Shown here: in pieces, positions 45,375 to 57,896 of the stretch | Position numbering within the stretch: the first letter of the stretch is position 1 | How the letters are laid out: each line of letters opens with the position of its first letter | Origin: Chrysomallon squamiferum | Lineage: Eukaryota > Animalia > Mollusca | NCBI GenBank assembly: GCA_012295275.1 | Contig: CM022668.1 | Location: forward strand, 7,998,001-8,062,000 | Direction: 5' to 3' | DNA length: 64,000 nucleotides | Translations under genes and position numbers: made by a program | The notes under the pieces: model-generated | What the model saw: only the letters and a program-made list of their open reading frames with translations | Databases searched by the model: none | Told to the model about the DNA's origin: nothing

Positions 45375-46970
45375 TTTCATAATCGTTAAATGCAGCCTAT
45401 AATATGATCTTGGTATGGTTTCTGTACTCAAAGAGTAGAAAATCTTTTCAACGTTACCTAGTCGTACACAGAATAATCACAATTAGAAATTACTTCTTGT
45501 ACTAGTGTTAGCAGTAACTACAACAAACAGGATTAGCAGCAGAATCGTAACATTTAAATCATGGGTTTCCAAAATGTTCAGTCCACAGATGTCGCCTAGA
45601 CAATTCAGACAATAAAAATCATCGGAGGTCAATAACTCACATTTCAGAAATCACAGAGCCTCGTCGACTAGGGGTAGATTTACATTCTCGAGTTTTGAGA
45701 TAAAATAAATACTGTAATAAATATCCCAAACTTTGTATAACTTCAGAAGCTGTGTGCATTTTCTTATGACACTTTTCAGTTTTCCTTCATAATACGAACA
45801 CTCTTTAATACAGAGTTAAAACTTACGTAAATAGATGGCTATATTTTGTACCGGAATTACAATTTTTTTTAGAGCTTTAAAGATCTACCCGCCATGATGC
45901 TAGCATAACATACCCAAGAGCTAATATCTTCAGCTGAATATAAACGATTAAGAGATTAATGGATTTTTCAAGTCGACAGCGTTGAAATGTTGTTAGTTTT
46001 ACGATAAACATCTCTCACTATACTCGAGCGACAAAGGTTTTTTAAAATTTCATAAGATGAGACTTCAACTCCGCTGGTGGTCAGAGAAAACAAGCTGCCA
46101 ATCAATTCACTGATTGCTAAACTGGATGAAAGAAAATGGATTTCCATTGTGTGGGTGAATTACATCCAGGTTTGATGGATTAGCGACAAGTCGACACTTT
46201 TATTTAACTCTTAATTAAAATGTTTCGCTCGTGATTCCTGTGAACGTGTCCGGCTTCAACGATGTCACGAAATGATTTTCATTTGTTCTTTATTCATAGT
46301 CGACTACAGGCCGGGTCACCGTTCTTTTTCATGTTGATGATCCACGGCGTTTTTATTATTATCATCATCATCATAATCATCATCATCGTAATCACCACCA
46401 TCATAATCATCATCATCGTAATCACCATCATCATCATTATTATTAACATCAGCGTCATCATCGTCATCATTTTATTTTTATTGTTATTATCATCATCATA
46501 ATCATTATCATCATCATCATCATCATTATTTATAAGATTATTACCATCGACATAATTTTATTATTACCATTTCATAATCATCGTTATCATTTTTATTATT
46601 GATGTTGTTGTTACTGTTATTAATTAATTAATTAATTCAGTATAATGAAAGTTACAGTTCTGTTGCCACCTTTCTGAAATCAAGTTATTTGATACGTCGC
46701 TTACATTACTGCCTAATCAGAGTAGTCAGTTTCTATACTGAACTTTTTACAGAAAAAAAACAAATGAATAATTAAAACTGATCGAAGCTATTTCTGCCGC
46801 TAAAAAGAAATGTTTAGAAAACGAAATTAGTATAAACATGATTTATGTTTCTTATTAACATAATATGAATATTTATGTTTATGTATAATTAGTTTATTAA
46901 AATTTATGTTTTTTTTATGTAGCGCTGTTTTAGTTCAGGACAACAATTACTTCCTTAGCGACATGAGAAG

Positions 46971-47111
<141 letters not shown>

Positions 47112-48417
47112 TAAGAAAAAGATATTCTGAGACAAGAAAGACAAAACAAGAGGCAGAGACAGAAAGAAACTGTAATCTGAAACAAGACTCAAACATTCTT
47201 AAACAAACATACATTATCTTCATTATTTTAGCAAACTGTTTCGTACAATAACACAAAGAGTTGTATCCCTTGTACACAAAGACGTAAGACTACGTACACC
47301 GATCCAACCAAGAATGATCCGCTGCTTCTTTACCGCCCTGTGCAAGGTCGGTGACTGTGAACCAGTCAATCGATACTGATTTATCCTGAGTAAACGGACC
47401 ACTCTTTGCACGAGCGTCGACATCAGAGAACAGCACGTTCACAATATCCCACTGGTGATAAAAATTATCCAAATGACGACTACCTCGCAGGCTGATCAGC
47501 GGGAAGCGGCACAAAGTCACGTACGTGCAGAACTCATTCATTAAGACTTGTTTATCATCCAGGAGAACTAGAAATTGCACTGATAATGTTTTCTAGAGTA
47601 ACGATGGTGCCAGCTAGCTTCTTATTGATAAGACATGACGGGGACAAACTTCAAGTACTTTTTGTTTGATGTAGGCGATATGAAGTTAAACAAAGATTTG
47701 TCAAAAAGCAAAGGCTTTACGAAATGAGACATTTTCTTTTATCTCACTGTGTCTGTACATACGTGTGCACTTCTCTAAATCTTTGCTCTGTATCTTTCTC
47801 TGTAATTACGTATGTCTCTTTGTTTACATATCCCTCTCTTTCTGAGTATAGTTCCTTTCTTTTTCTAAGTCCTTGAATACATATGTGTGAAATGTCTTCA
47901 TTCGTGTATTTCTTTTTCTTTTTTCATACAGATAGATAGATAGATAAATAGGTAAATAGGTAGGCAGATAGATTATAGACATAGATATACAGATTATAGC
48001 TATAGCTGCAGATATAATATTATGACTGAGTAGGTATGCACGTTGACATCTGTGTTATTTGTGAACCAGAGATGTATCTGCACAAATTTATTCTTCTTTT
48101 GAGAACAGCTAAAATTATTTTTAAAACATCTTTTGTAATTAAACGACTTATCTTCCTTTGAATATGTTTACAATCGAAATTTAATACTGAAACTATTACA
48201 AATTTTGTCAAATAAAATTATCTTTAGCTGAATGACTCTGGGAAATAAAACACGACTTAATATATGAAGATTCGTTCTACACGGTGCAAGAGAGATAACT
48301 CTTGAAAGTATAAAACGGAAAAACAAGAACAAAAAAAAAGTTACAGTATTATACGTTCGTTTCCCTGATGTATTTACTCACGAATTTTCAAACCGATAAT
48401 TCAGATTTCATTTCTGT

Positions 48418-48515
<98 letters not shown>

Positions 48516-48718
48516 AATTGTTATAATATTATGCTTATTTATTTACTTATAATTACGTCTTATTACCTTAACGTTGTTTTGTTGTTGTTAATTTTGCTAT
48601 CTTTTTTTGGTTTTTATTCTATTTTAATTTTTTTTTGTTACGATTTTGTAGTAGATTTATTTATTTATTTATTTGTGTGTGTGTGTTGTTGTTTTTTTGA
48701 GTGCCTGTCTGTGTGTTT

Positions 48719-48776
<58 letters not shown>

Positions 48777-49503
48777 AAGTTTTTTCGTTTTTTTTTTATT
48801 TCAGTAATACATTTATTCACATTTTGTCTTGCATCTTTCCCACTGTTGTAAATACAGTGTTTTAACTGATTACACTGTAATACACAATGTTTGCTTAAAT
48901 ATACTACTAGTATTAGGAACGTGTGTTTACATATGTATGTATGTGTCTGTGTGTGTGTGTGTGTCTACATACACAAAACATGTACATTTACAGATAGATA
49001 CACAGAATAAAAACACTCAAATATACTTTCATTCGTACATAATTACATACAATGATTCTATACAGTCAAAAAATAATAATAATAATTAAAAAAATATAAA
49101 TTTTGCAGTGATTAAAATTTATTAATACACACAAAAAAATGTAGTACAAAAATAAGTTTTCAAAATATAGTTACAAACATTTTACAGAAACAAAATCCAA
49201 ACTCTTTGAGATGTACATAAAGTCACAAATATATACAAAAACATTAATTAGATACACTAAAATTCAGCCACATAGATGAAGAAATATAGTTTTAAAAAAA
49301 TGTTAAAGCGATTTTCTAAGTGTATATAACATATAGGTAAATACATTTAGAAACTATCCGACTACTGTATCACAGTCTGCTTGAATAAAACAGATAAGAT
49401 CTGAAGTGTTAAAAATGCAGGGACTTCATAAGTTATTTTTTGGCTATGTTTGTTTTAAAATATTATAATTAGTTTTAAAAGAAGTGAAAAAATACAGACT
49501 CAG

Positions 49504-49555
<52 letters not shown>

Positions 49556-50095
49556 CAATAACAATAACAATAATAATAATAACAATAATAATAATAATAA
49601 CTAATAATAATAATAACAATAACAATAATAATAATAACAATAAGAATAATAATAATAATAACAATAACAATAATAATAATAACAATAATAATAATATAAA
49701 AAACAGTAACAATGATGATGATGATGATGATGATTACTATTATTAGTAGTAGTAGTATTTTGTTATAGATGATGATAATGATAGTTACCATAATAGTATT
49801 TTAAAATGAAACGAAACAAAACCACAATAAATAACGTAACAACAAAATTCAGATGGAAACCGTGTAACTAAATAATCCCTTTATTTATTTATTCATTTAT
49901 TATACTTTTTAAATTTATTTATTTATTTATTTATCTATTTATCATTAAATTATATTTTTGATAATTTCTGAGACCTAGATTGTTGAATTTCAGTTGAATC
50001 TTCGTCTTCTTCTTTTCTTCATTTGTAAGACCTACATTAATCAGGTGCATAGTTCATCAATCATTATATTTACAACTGTGTTTATCTTTAGATTT

Positions 50096-50571
50096 TTACC
50101 CATAATACTGCGGGGGCGGACTCGAATAATTCGCCGGGGGTGGCGTGATAGATTCATACGGGGGTGGCTGACCATCTGGGTAAACAGCAGGGGGCGTTAT
50201 ATCGGAAACTCCACCCTGGTAATCGTGATACCCGCTTTGATGTCCGAACGATGCCGGAGTCCGGGTGGCTGCGAACTTTCCGCTGTTGTTTGACGCCTGC
50301 GCGGTTGCCACGTGCTGCTGATACGCGGACGGGACGTTGGCGACTGGGTTGACGAAGGAGTACGGCGGCGGCATTGGCGGCCGTACAGCGGCGATCGTAC
50401 GTGATCCATGAATTCGTATCCGTTTTTTAGCGTTGCCCTTCGCTATCGCTACTATGACAACAAGCGCGATAACTGCTAACACGATTGTCCCGATGATGAT
50501 ACCAATGATCGTCCCCACGGAGTGGCCTTCGTCTTTGTCGCAGACGTCTTCGCTGTTGGTCTTCTGACTAC
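50096..50571 (-). CDS. CUB/TM/PPxY protein, terminal coding exon 5 (TM helix and Pro-rich cytoplasmic tail)
   Basis: Acceptor TTCTTCTTCAG|GT. TM VGTIIGIIIGTIVLAVIALVVIVAIA followed by basic KGNAKKRIR, then PPPY, PPPY and PPQY. TAA at 50098-50096. Summed exons 876 nt = 291 aa plus stop. Confidence 0.9.
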
Positions 50572-50745
50572 CTGAAGAAGAAAAGTGCACACAAAATGAG
50601 GTATTAGTAAGAGCAGTAACAACAACAACAACAAAGTTACAGTAGCATTAACGCCGAGTATAACGACAATGACAATAACCTACAACAACAGCAACGACAA
50701 TGACAATAACCTACAACAACAGCAACGACAACAACAACAACAAAA

Positions 50746-50784
<39 letters not shown>

Positions 50785-51211
50785 CAACAACAGCATAATA
50801 CAGGTGCTAGTGTATAATGTTGCTTCAGATTTTATTATACTGATTAAAAAAAAAACCTGGAACGGAAATATAAAACCTGGTTTCTCGATATGAAACTGTT
50901 TTTTATTATTTATTTTCTAAATTAGAGTCCCTCCAAGAATAATTAATTAATTAAAATAAGTAAATAGATAAATAAATTGGTAGTGATAGTAGTAATACTG
51001 GATAGTAGTGGTAGTAGTAGTAATACTAGTAGTAGTTGTAGTAATAGTAGCGGTAGTTGTAGTTGTTGATGTAATAGTAGTAATAGTTATATTAGCAGTA
51101 GTCGTTACAGTAGTAACAGTTTTATTTTTCACAGTAAATCGTTGATGATGTTATCAAATAAAAACATGAGAACGACAGAGATATCGTGGTCGATGCTGTA
51201 AAATAACTTAC

Positions 51212-51352
51212 TCCAGAATTTTGCTTTAAAGCCTCTTTCGCTGACGCTGCTGTCGCTGCTGAAAAAGATGGTCACTGTGTTGGAGCTGCTGACGAAACAT
51301 GGCTCCGACGTGTCGCAGAATTTTCCCAGTAAAGGTGAACTGACAGAGGGAC
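51212..51352 (-). CDS. CUB/TM/PPxY protein, coding exon 4
   Basis: Acceptor TTCACTGTTCAG|GT. Encodes PSVSSPLLGKFCD...SSSNTVTIFFSSDSSVSERGFKAKFW, the CUB C-terminal half. Donor A|GTAAGT (phase 1). Confidence 0.92.
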
Positions 51353-51732
51353 CTGAACAGTGAAAAATAAAACGATGAATGAATGAATGAATGAATGAAT
51401 CAATCAATCAAAGATGAATAAATGAATGATTGAATGGTGAATAAAAGACTGATAAATGATTGAATGGTCAATTAGTGAATAAATTAAAGAAAGGTAAATA
51501 AATGGACGAATGAATGAATAATGAATAAATAATGAATGAGTGAAAGTATAGTGAAAAACAGACCGCTGGACAGACAGACAGACTAAATACAGAGAACTAA
51601 ATATATGACAGACAGAAATAAAATAGAAGGGTCAGATTTTACAAAATCGGCGACGAAAAATATACTACAGAATAAGTTAATTAAGATATTTAAGAAATAA
51701 ATATTTCGTGGATGATAAAGATGTTGACGTAC

Positions 51733-51857
51733 CATCAAAGACTTCAACGTAGTCGTACGCGCAGTGCAAGCTGCCCTCGATTCGGCTGTCGTAAAACTTG
51801 ATGATGATGACGTCACTTGACGTGTTTGTGGTGATGAACCAATAGTCTGCTGATGAA
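51733..51857 (-). CDS. CUB/TM/PPxY protein, coding exon 3
   Basis: Acceptor TTTTCTGTTTCAG|T. Encodes SSADYWFITT...IIIKFYDSRIEGSLHCAYDYVEVFD(G), a classic CUB core. Donor G|GTACGT (phase 1). Confidence 0.92.
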
Positions 51858-51909
51858 CTGAAACAGAAAACCTTCATCTGAATACATTTTATAATTTATA
51901 TATTTATTT

Positions 51910-51961
<52 letters not shown>

Positions 51962-52427
51962 TTAAACTTTTAACAAAAAGCTTATATTTGTATATTTGCT
52001 GTAATACTACAACAGTAACAACTACTATTACTACTACTACTACTACTACTACTACTGCCACTACTTTTATTATTATTATTATAAGTTACTATTACTACTA
52101 CTGCTATTACTGCAACTACTACTACTAATGGTCATGATGATAACGATGGTGTTATTAATAACTTGCCACGTATTTATTATTATTATTGCTGTTGTTGTAA
52201 CTGTTGATGTTATTGTTATTATTGTAATACCTTATTATTAACAAAGATTGAATTCAAAAATACCTTTACTTTAACGTATCCATGTAGAAACAAAAATAAA
52301 AATAATGATGATATCATTATGATGTCAAAGATAACGCTGATGATTATGTTAACAACAACCAATAATGATGTTGTCAATGATGATATCAACAACGACGACG
52401 ACGACAAATAAAAATGGAGCTACTTAC

Positions 52428-52521
52428 TCATAATAATTATTTGGATAATTAACAGACGTGAAATATCCTGCTGTGTCATTGGCTATCAGATTAGTCACCA
52501 GTGACGTCACATGAGTATTAC
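52428..52521 (-). CDS. CUB/TM/PPxY protein, coding exon 2
   Basis: Acceptor TTGTATTGCAG|GT. Encodes (S)NTHVTSLVTNLIANDTAGYFTSVNYPNNYY(D), with the CUB G-x-F-x-S-x-N-Y-P-x-x-Y motif. Donor GA|GTAAGT (phase 2). Confidence 0.88.
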
Positions 52522-52953
52522 CTGCAATACAAGAACAGGCTAATTATAACACCTTTGTTACACCTGTATTTGTACACACCTGTATTTTTATGTAATAATC
52601 AGTGGACATAGATCTGAGGATAGTGCTTTCAGTTTCTCTACATTTTAATTATTTCTCGTCCTGACCAGTTTTTATTAAAACGATTTCAACAAAGAACACA
52701 CAAAGTGTCAAGTAACTGGTTCTTCTGTTGTGAAATAATCATAAATACATAAACTAGTTTAAATGTCTCGATCGTGATCTTGTGCCTGTGCCTGTGCGTG
52801 TGTGTGTTTGTATGTGAGCTTGTGCGTGTGTGTGTGTGTGTTTAAGAGAGAAGGATAGGTGGCGTTACAAGTAAGGTTTAATACATAAATGTTTTGTATG
52901 TAAGTGTGTATAATATATGTGCATGTGTATATATGTGTGCCAGTGTGTGTGTG

Positions 52954-52990
<37 letters not shown>

Positions 52991-53194
52991 ATCTATATAT
53001 ATATATATATATACATATCTATATACACACACACACACACACACATATACCTATATATATATATATATATATATTCATGTACAGAGATCCGCATATCTCT
53101 ATTTACCAGTATACCATAATATGAGTACGGCTTAAAAACAAATAACATATTCTACACAAAACTAATTAGAAACGTACAACGTAGCGGTACTTAC

Positions 53195-53234
53195 TGAACA
53201 TCAAGAAACATACAAACAGCAGGAATCGATCCAT
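53195..53234 (-). CDS. CUB-domain type I membrane protein with PPxY tail, coding exon 1 of 5 (signal peptide)
   Basis: ATG GAT CGA TTC CTG CTG TTT GTA TGT TTC TTG ATG TTC A|GTAAGT = MDRFLLFVCFLMF, a hydrophobic signal-peptide core; phase 1 matches the next exon. Confidence 0.78.
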
Positions 53235-53489
53235 CTTGTTTCTCTTAATAATTTATAAGTCGTGAAGATGTTCTCCTGTTCACAGCTCTGCAAAACACCA
53301 TCGGTAAACTGTAACTTGCTTTTCCCGTTATAATCCTTATTCAGTCCTTTACTGGTGTAACTTGTTTTAAACAGACAACAGACGTTACACTTGTTTACCA
53401 AATATGTGCTGGAGTTCACGTTCACGGCAAAATTCACCGCTGAATGATACGCTTGAAATCACACATCACCCAGACGACGTATCGGGTAG

Positions 53490-53499
53490 GTCACGTGAC
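53490..53499. promoter_or_regulatory. Palindromic E-box (CLEAR/USF type) upstream of the CUB gene
   Basis: Perfect GTCACGTGAC about 255 bp upstream of the ATG, in a locally CpG-rich patch. Confidence 0.45.
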
Positions 53500-53818
53500 T
53501 TGGATATATCGAGCACGCTTTTGCAACAACAGATGTTATAATTAATCCAGGCTTTTCACGATTTTCATTGTTGTAGGATTAACCGAAAGAAAGAGATTAG
53601 AATCTGTTGGAGTATCTGCGCAAAACACTTTGGCGACATTGCTGGGTGCATGGGTATGTGTATGTGTGTGTGTGTATTGTGTGATAGTATGTACGTACTG
53701 GGATATATATCTGTACGGATAGACAGAGAGACATGGTTAGCTGGATGAATATCTCGATGTATTTTATAAGTTTGTGTGTGTGTGTGTGAGAGAGAGAGTA
53801 CGTATTTGTGTGTGTGTG

Positions 53819-53849
<31 letters not shown>

Positions 53850-54300
53850 CCTGTTTGTCCACTTCTCACGGATCTCCACAGGGTTTTTCCTGTTTGTGTT
53901 CGTCTGATTACATAATTTACAATAAACCTTGCTGGTAATGGTATAATGATGCGGTATTCAAAAACGTTTTGAATGATACTCACGTAAATGTTTAAGTACA
54001 TACACAACATACAGAAAACAGATTAGCAGATTTCGTACATACTTTATAACTGGTTAATAATCATACATACTTACATAGATAACTGAGTACGTACAATATA
54101 TATATTGGCTCCCTAATTATATATGAAATTACTGTCACTTGATCATATGTGTAGTTTTTTTACTTAATTATTCAGCAAATATTCACTTTTATTGTAACAT
54201 TTTTGTGAAGAATTAAGCGCAAGAAAAAAATTAAATAAAGCAAAATCGTCAGTTTTGCTGTCTTTACTGAAAAAAACATTTAATTTCAACTGTTTAATTC

Positions 54301-54340
<40 letters not shown>

Positions 54341-54429
54341 GTAATGATAATAATAATAACAATAATAATAACAATAATAAATATACAACAACAAAACCAA
54401 AACAATGATTTTAATAAACAACATAATTT

Positions 54430-54625
54430 TCAGGAGTATTTGATTGTGAAATTATAAAATTTTTCAATGTCTCGTTTGACTTTCTCGACCCTGCTACTCA
54501 GCGAGATCTCGAAGTCGAGAAGGTCTGAGTCTGGAATACGTCTGTACTTGAAACACTGACGCTGTTCCATTTCCCTGCAGGACCTGTAGTGATGTAACGC
54601 CCCCACGTGACTGTCAACCCTCGCT
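54430..54625 (-). CDS. GT92/DUF23 glycosyltransferase, terminal coding exon 5 (absent from the ORF track)
   Basis: Acceptor TTTTATATTGTCAG|A (phase 2 matches). Encodes (G)ARVDSHVGALHHYRSCREMEQRQCF...TIKYS*, with the conserved GT92 HHYR motif. TGA at 54432-54430. Summed exons 1422 nt = 473 aa plus stop. Confidence 0.9.
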
Positions 54626-54821
54626 CTGACAATATAAAAGATAAACTAGAATGTCAGTTAACGTGTAAGTATGTAAGTGTTTTAATAAATAACCTAGCAG
54701 CTGTTTTGTGCGGGGTAGTAATTTTAGTGTGGAAACTGGAAATAAGAAGGTCAGGAAGTGATTCATATTTGTGTATCTAGATACATATACACGTACGTAT
54801 TATATATATATATCTATCTAG

Positions 54822-54924
<103 letters not shown>

Positions 54925-55261
54925 TAAATATAATTTCCACTTTCTAGACACTATATACTATGCCTATATTTAATGTTTCTAACTCTTCTGTTAAATACTG
55001 CAACAAGAAAATAATTATAATATTTAAAAAGAAAAGAAAAAAATAATAAACTTCGCTTTCTGTTTACTACATTTTCTGTAAAAATGTACAAAAACAATAT
55101 TATATATAATAAAATAAACTAAAAAGTAATAATAATACAAAATGTAAAATTCCCGAAAACAACAAACAAAATCTAGAATCCAGACGTTGTTACTTCATAG
55201 AACGATGATGATCTGTGTCTGATGAATCACACATTGACTAACTTATTTGGAAATATACAAG

Positions 55262-55347
55262 AACAATAAAATACGAAACTTACCCTGTATCTCTGTCGGA
55301 AAATGGTGTATGTTTAATTTATTTGTGTCATTTTAAATAATAATAAC

Positions 55348-55404
<57 letters not shown>

Positions 55405-55863
55405 AATAAATAAATAAATATGAAAGCCAGGCCCGCCTTAAATATCCCTACCTTGGCGCCCTAAACTGTGTATGTAGTTTACTAATGTCATTAAAAACAA
55501 ATAAATAATAAAATACCAAACTTAACCCTATATACCCATGCCTCTGATGATATTCAGTTTACTAATATTATTTTTACAAAAACAACCTAAAATCAACAGT
55601 AAAATACGAAATTTATTTGTTGGTATTCAGTTTACTAAAATTATTTTAATTTTTTTTTTAAAATAAAACATCCAAAAAAAATAAAATGCCCCTGCCTATA
55701 ACTATATTTACATTCAGTTTGTAATATACTAATTGAAAACAAAAGCCAATAAAATACGAAAATTATCATAAAAATACTACTGCCTATATTCCGTATTCAG
55801 TTTTTTAAATATTATTTAAGAACAAAGAGTAAAATACGAAACTTACCCTAAATACCCCTGCCT
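55262..55863. repeat. Degenerate ~75-90-bp tandem repeat overlapping the GT92 exon 4 / intron 4 junction
   Basis: AAAATACGAAA(C/T/A)TTA and TATTCAGTTT(A/G/T) recur at roughly regular spacing; the last copy runs into exon 4. Confidence 0.7.
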
Positions 55864-56064
55864 CGGCGCACAGTGATGCGTATCCACCCACGAGATTTTA
55901 AACGGAATATGAACCAGTTTGACTCGGTCTCGCTTTACAGATTTTCTCAGCGTGTACGACATGAACTGCAGAGCTGTGTTGTTGTTAGACTTGCCCCAGT
56001 TTGTTACGAAGTGTTCCACATCGAAAATGAAAGCACCGGCTTCCGGTTGCATCGATTCCATTTT
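55847..56064 (-). CDS. GT92/DUF23 glycosyltransferase, coding exon 4
   Basis: Acceptor GCTGTAG|AAA ATG. Encodes KMESMQPEAGAFIFDVEHF...RVKLVHIPFKISWVDTHHC, matching the GT92 K-x-x-x-x-P...HH pattern. Donor GG|GTAAGT (phase 2). Confidence 0.9.
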
Positions 56065-57125
56065 CTACAGCGAAATTGTTGTAATTTTAATTTTACTAGT
56101 TTTGCTTAATATAATTACTTGTACTTATGACAGAAAATAATATTTCTATAAATTAAAATGATTATGTAGCACAGACTTAAAACATCATTACGGAAGACAG
56201 GAATCGGTATTATGACGTCATAAAGAAATGACGTTAAGTATTAGCAGGTAAACGAGAAGGTGAGAACTGCACTTTACATTATTATAATTATTACTGTTGT
56301 TATTGTTACTGTAATTATTTTTATTTTGTTGTTGTTGATGCCATTGTTATTACTGTTTATAGTAGTTCACCATACCAATTCAAAAATTCATTATTTAATA
56401 TATTCATCTCTATCGATATCAGACCCATAAACATACTAATCATTTTTACTAATACTACTACAAAGTACTGTCTTTTTTACTACTATTACTGCTAGCTATG
56501 TTATTACAACTAGTATTATTACTGTTACTATTTCTACTACTGTTATTACTGTTACTACCACTACTATTACTACTGCAGCTACTTTAACGACTTCTTGAAC
56601 TACTACTAACCTTCTGTTGCTATTACTACAGCTACTACTGTCACAACAACAACCCTTGCGTTTACTACTTATATTACTATTATCACTATTGATGCTTCTT
56701 CTACTACAACTGTTTTTACTTTTACTACCAGAACTACTACTACGACTGCTACTGACAATAATTCTAGTTCTTCTATTATTACTGCTGCTCGAAATACTTT
56801 TATACTAAATTGTCCTCATTCTTGCCAGATGACAGAATTATTCAGTTATGATGTGTATGGTCATATTTCCGGACAGATAAATAAACAAAAAACAACAACA
56901 AAAAAACAAGATCTGCTTGTGCTTATCTTTCATATGAATAATAATATTATTTTTACTGTCACCACTATAACAATTAGGTCGAATAATACTAATTACCCCG
57001 GTAATTTTCGTTATTTACTTCAATGAGTTAGAAATGGACAAAAGATTTAATTTATTCATTCATTCATTGCTTGTTTACTTCTATTAAATACTATAGTAAT
57101 CATTATCAACATCATCAGCAGTACC

Positions 57126-57166
57126 ATTATTGTTATTATTATTACTATTATTATTATTACTATTAC

Positions 57167-57205
<39 letters not shown>

Positions 57206-57231
57206 TATTATTATTATTGTTACTGTTATTA

Positions 57232-57287
<56 letters not shown>

Positions 57288-57640
57288 TCTTACTACTAAT
57301 AATGCAGCTGTTTTTATTGCTCTACTAAAATACTACTAGTACCAATAGGATCACCACAAATAATAATACTTCTAATGCTACTAGTACTAGTTACTATTAC
57401 AATTAATACTTTTACTACTACTAGTTACTACTACTACTTCTAATACTAGTTTCTATTACTTAAACTAGTTACTACTACTACTGATACTAGTTACTACTAT
57501 TAATAATACTAGTTACTACTATCAATAATAATACAAGTTACTATTACTAGTACTGGTTACTACTATACTAGTTACTACTAATACTAATACTAATTACTAG
57601 TACTAGTTACTACTGCTACTACTACAACTACTACTACAAC
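57126..57640. repeat. (TAT)n and degenerate ACTAGTTACT repeats in GT92 intron 3
   Basis: Direct reading. Confidence 0.88.
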
Positions 57641-57711
57641 TGCCTTATAATCTCACCTTCTAAAGCTTCAATGTAAATATTTTATGCAGGTAAAAGAAAT
57701 TAAAAATTTAC

Positions 57712-57896
57712 TTTGAAAAACTGATGTAAACTATTATTGCGTTGTGATGGTACAATAATCTCGTCGATGTCGTAGAGGCCGACGTAGTCGTAACCAGACA
57801 GACGTGTGCCGCAGTCAAACACGGTGATCTGCTCGTCTCCTTGAAACTGGGCGTCGTCTGGGCGTTCCTCTGTAAGGTAACCACGCCCTGGAGGTG
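57712..57896 (-). CDS. GT92/DUF23 glycosyltransferase, coding exon 3 (DxD motif)
   Basis: Acceptor TTCTTCATAG|CA (phase 1 matches). Encodes ...QITVFDC...YDYVGLYDIDEIIVP..., the GT-A DxD(E) motif. Donor AAA|GTAAAT (phase 0). Confidence 0.92.

Noticed and set aside
47223-47580. Two overlapping minus-strand ORFs
   Set aside because: No homology recognised and no phase-compatible exon partners.
49994-50409. Alternative-frame and antisense ORFs over the CUB terminal exon
   Set aside because: Shadows of a GC-rich real exon.
51850-51864. CTGATGA...GAAAC hammerhead-like words on the + strand
   Set aside because: No room for stem II; it is the reverse complement of the CUB exon 3 acceptor region.
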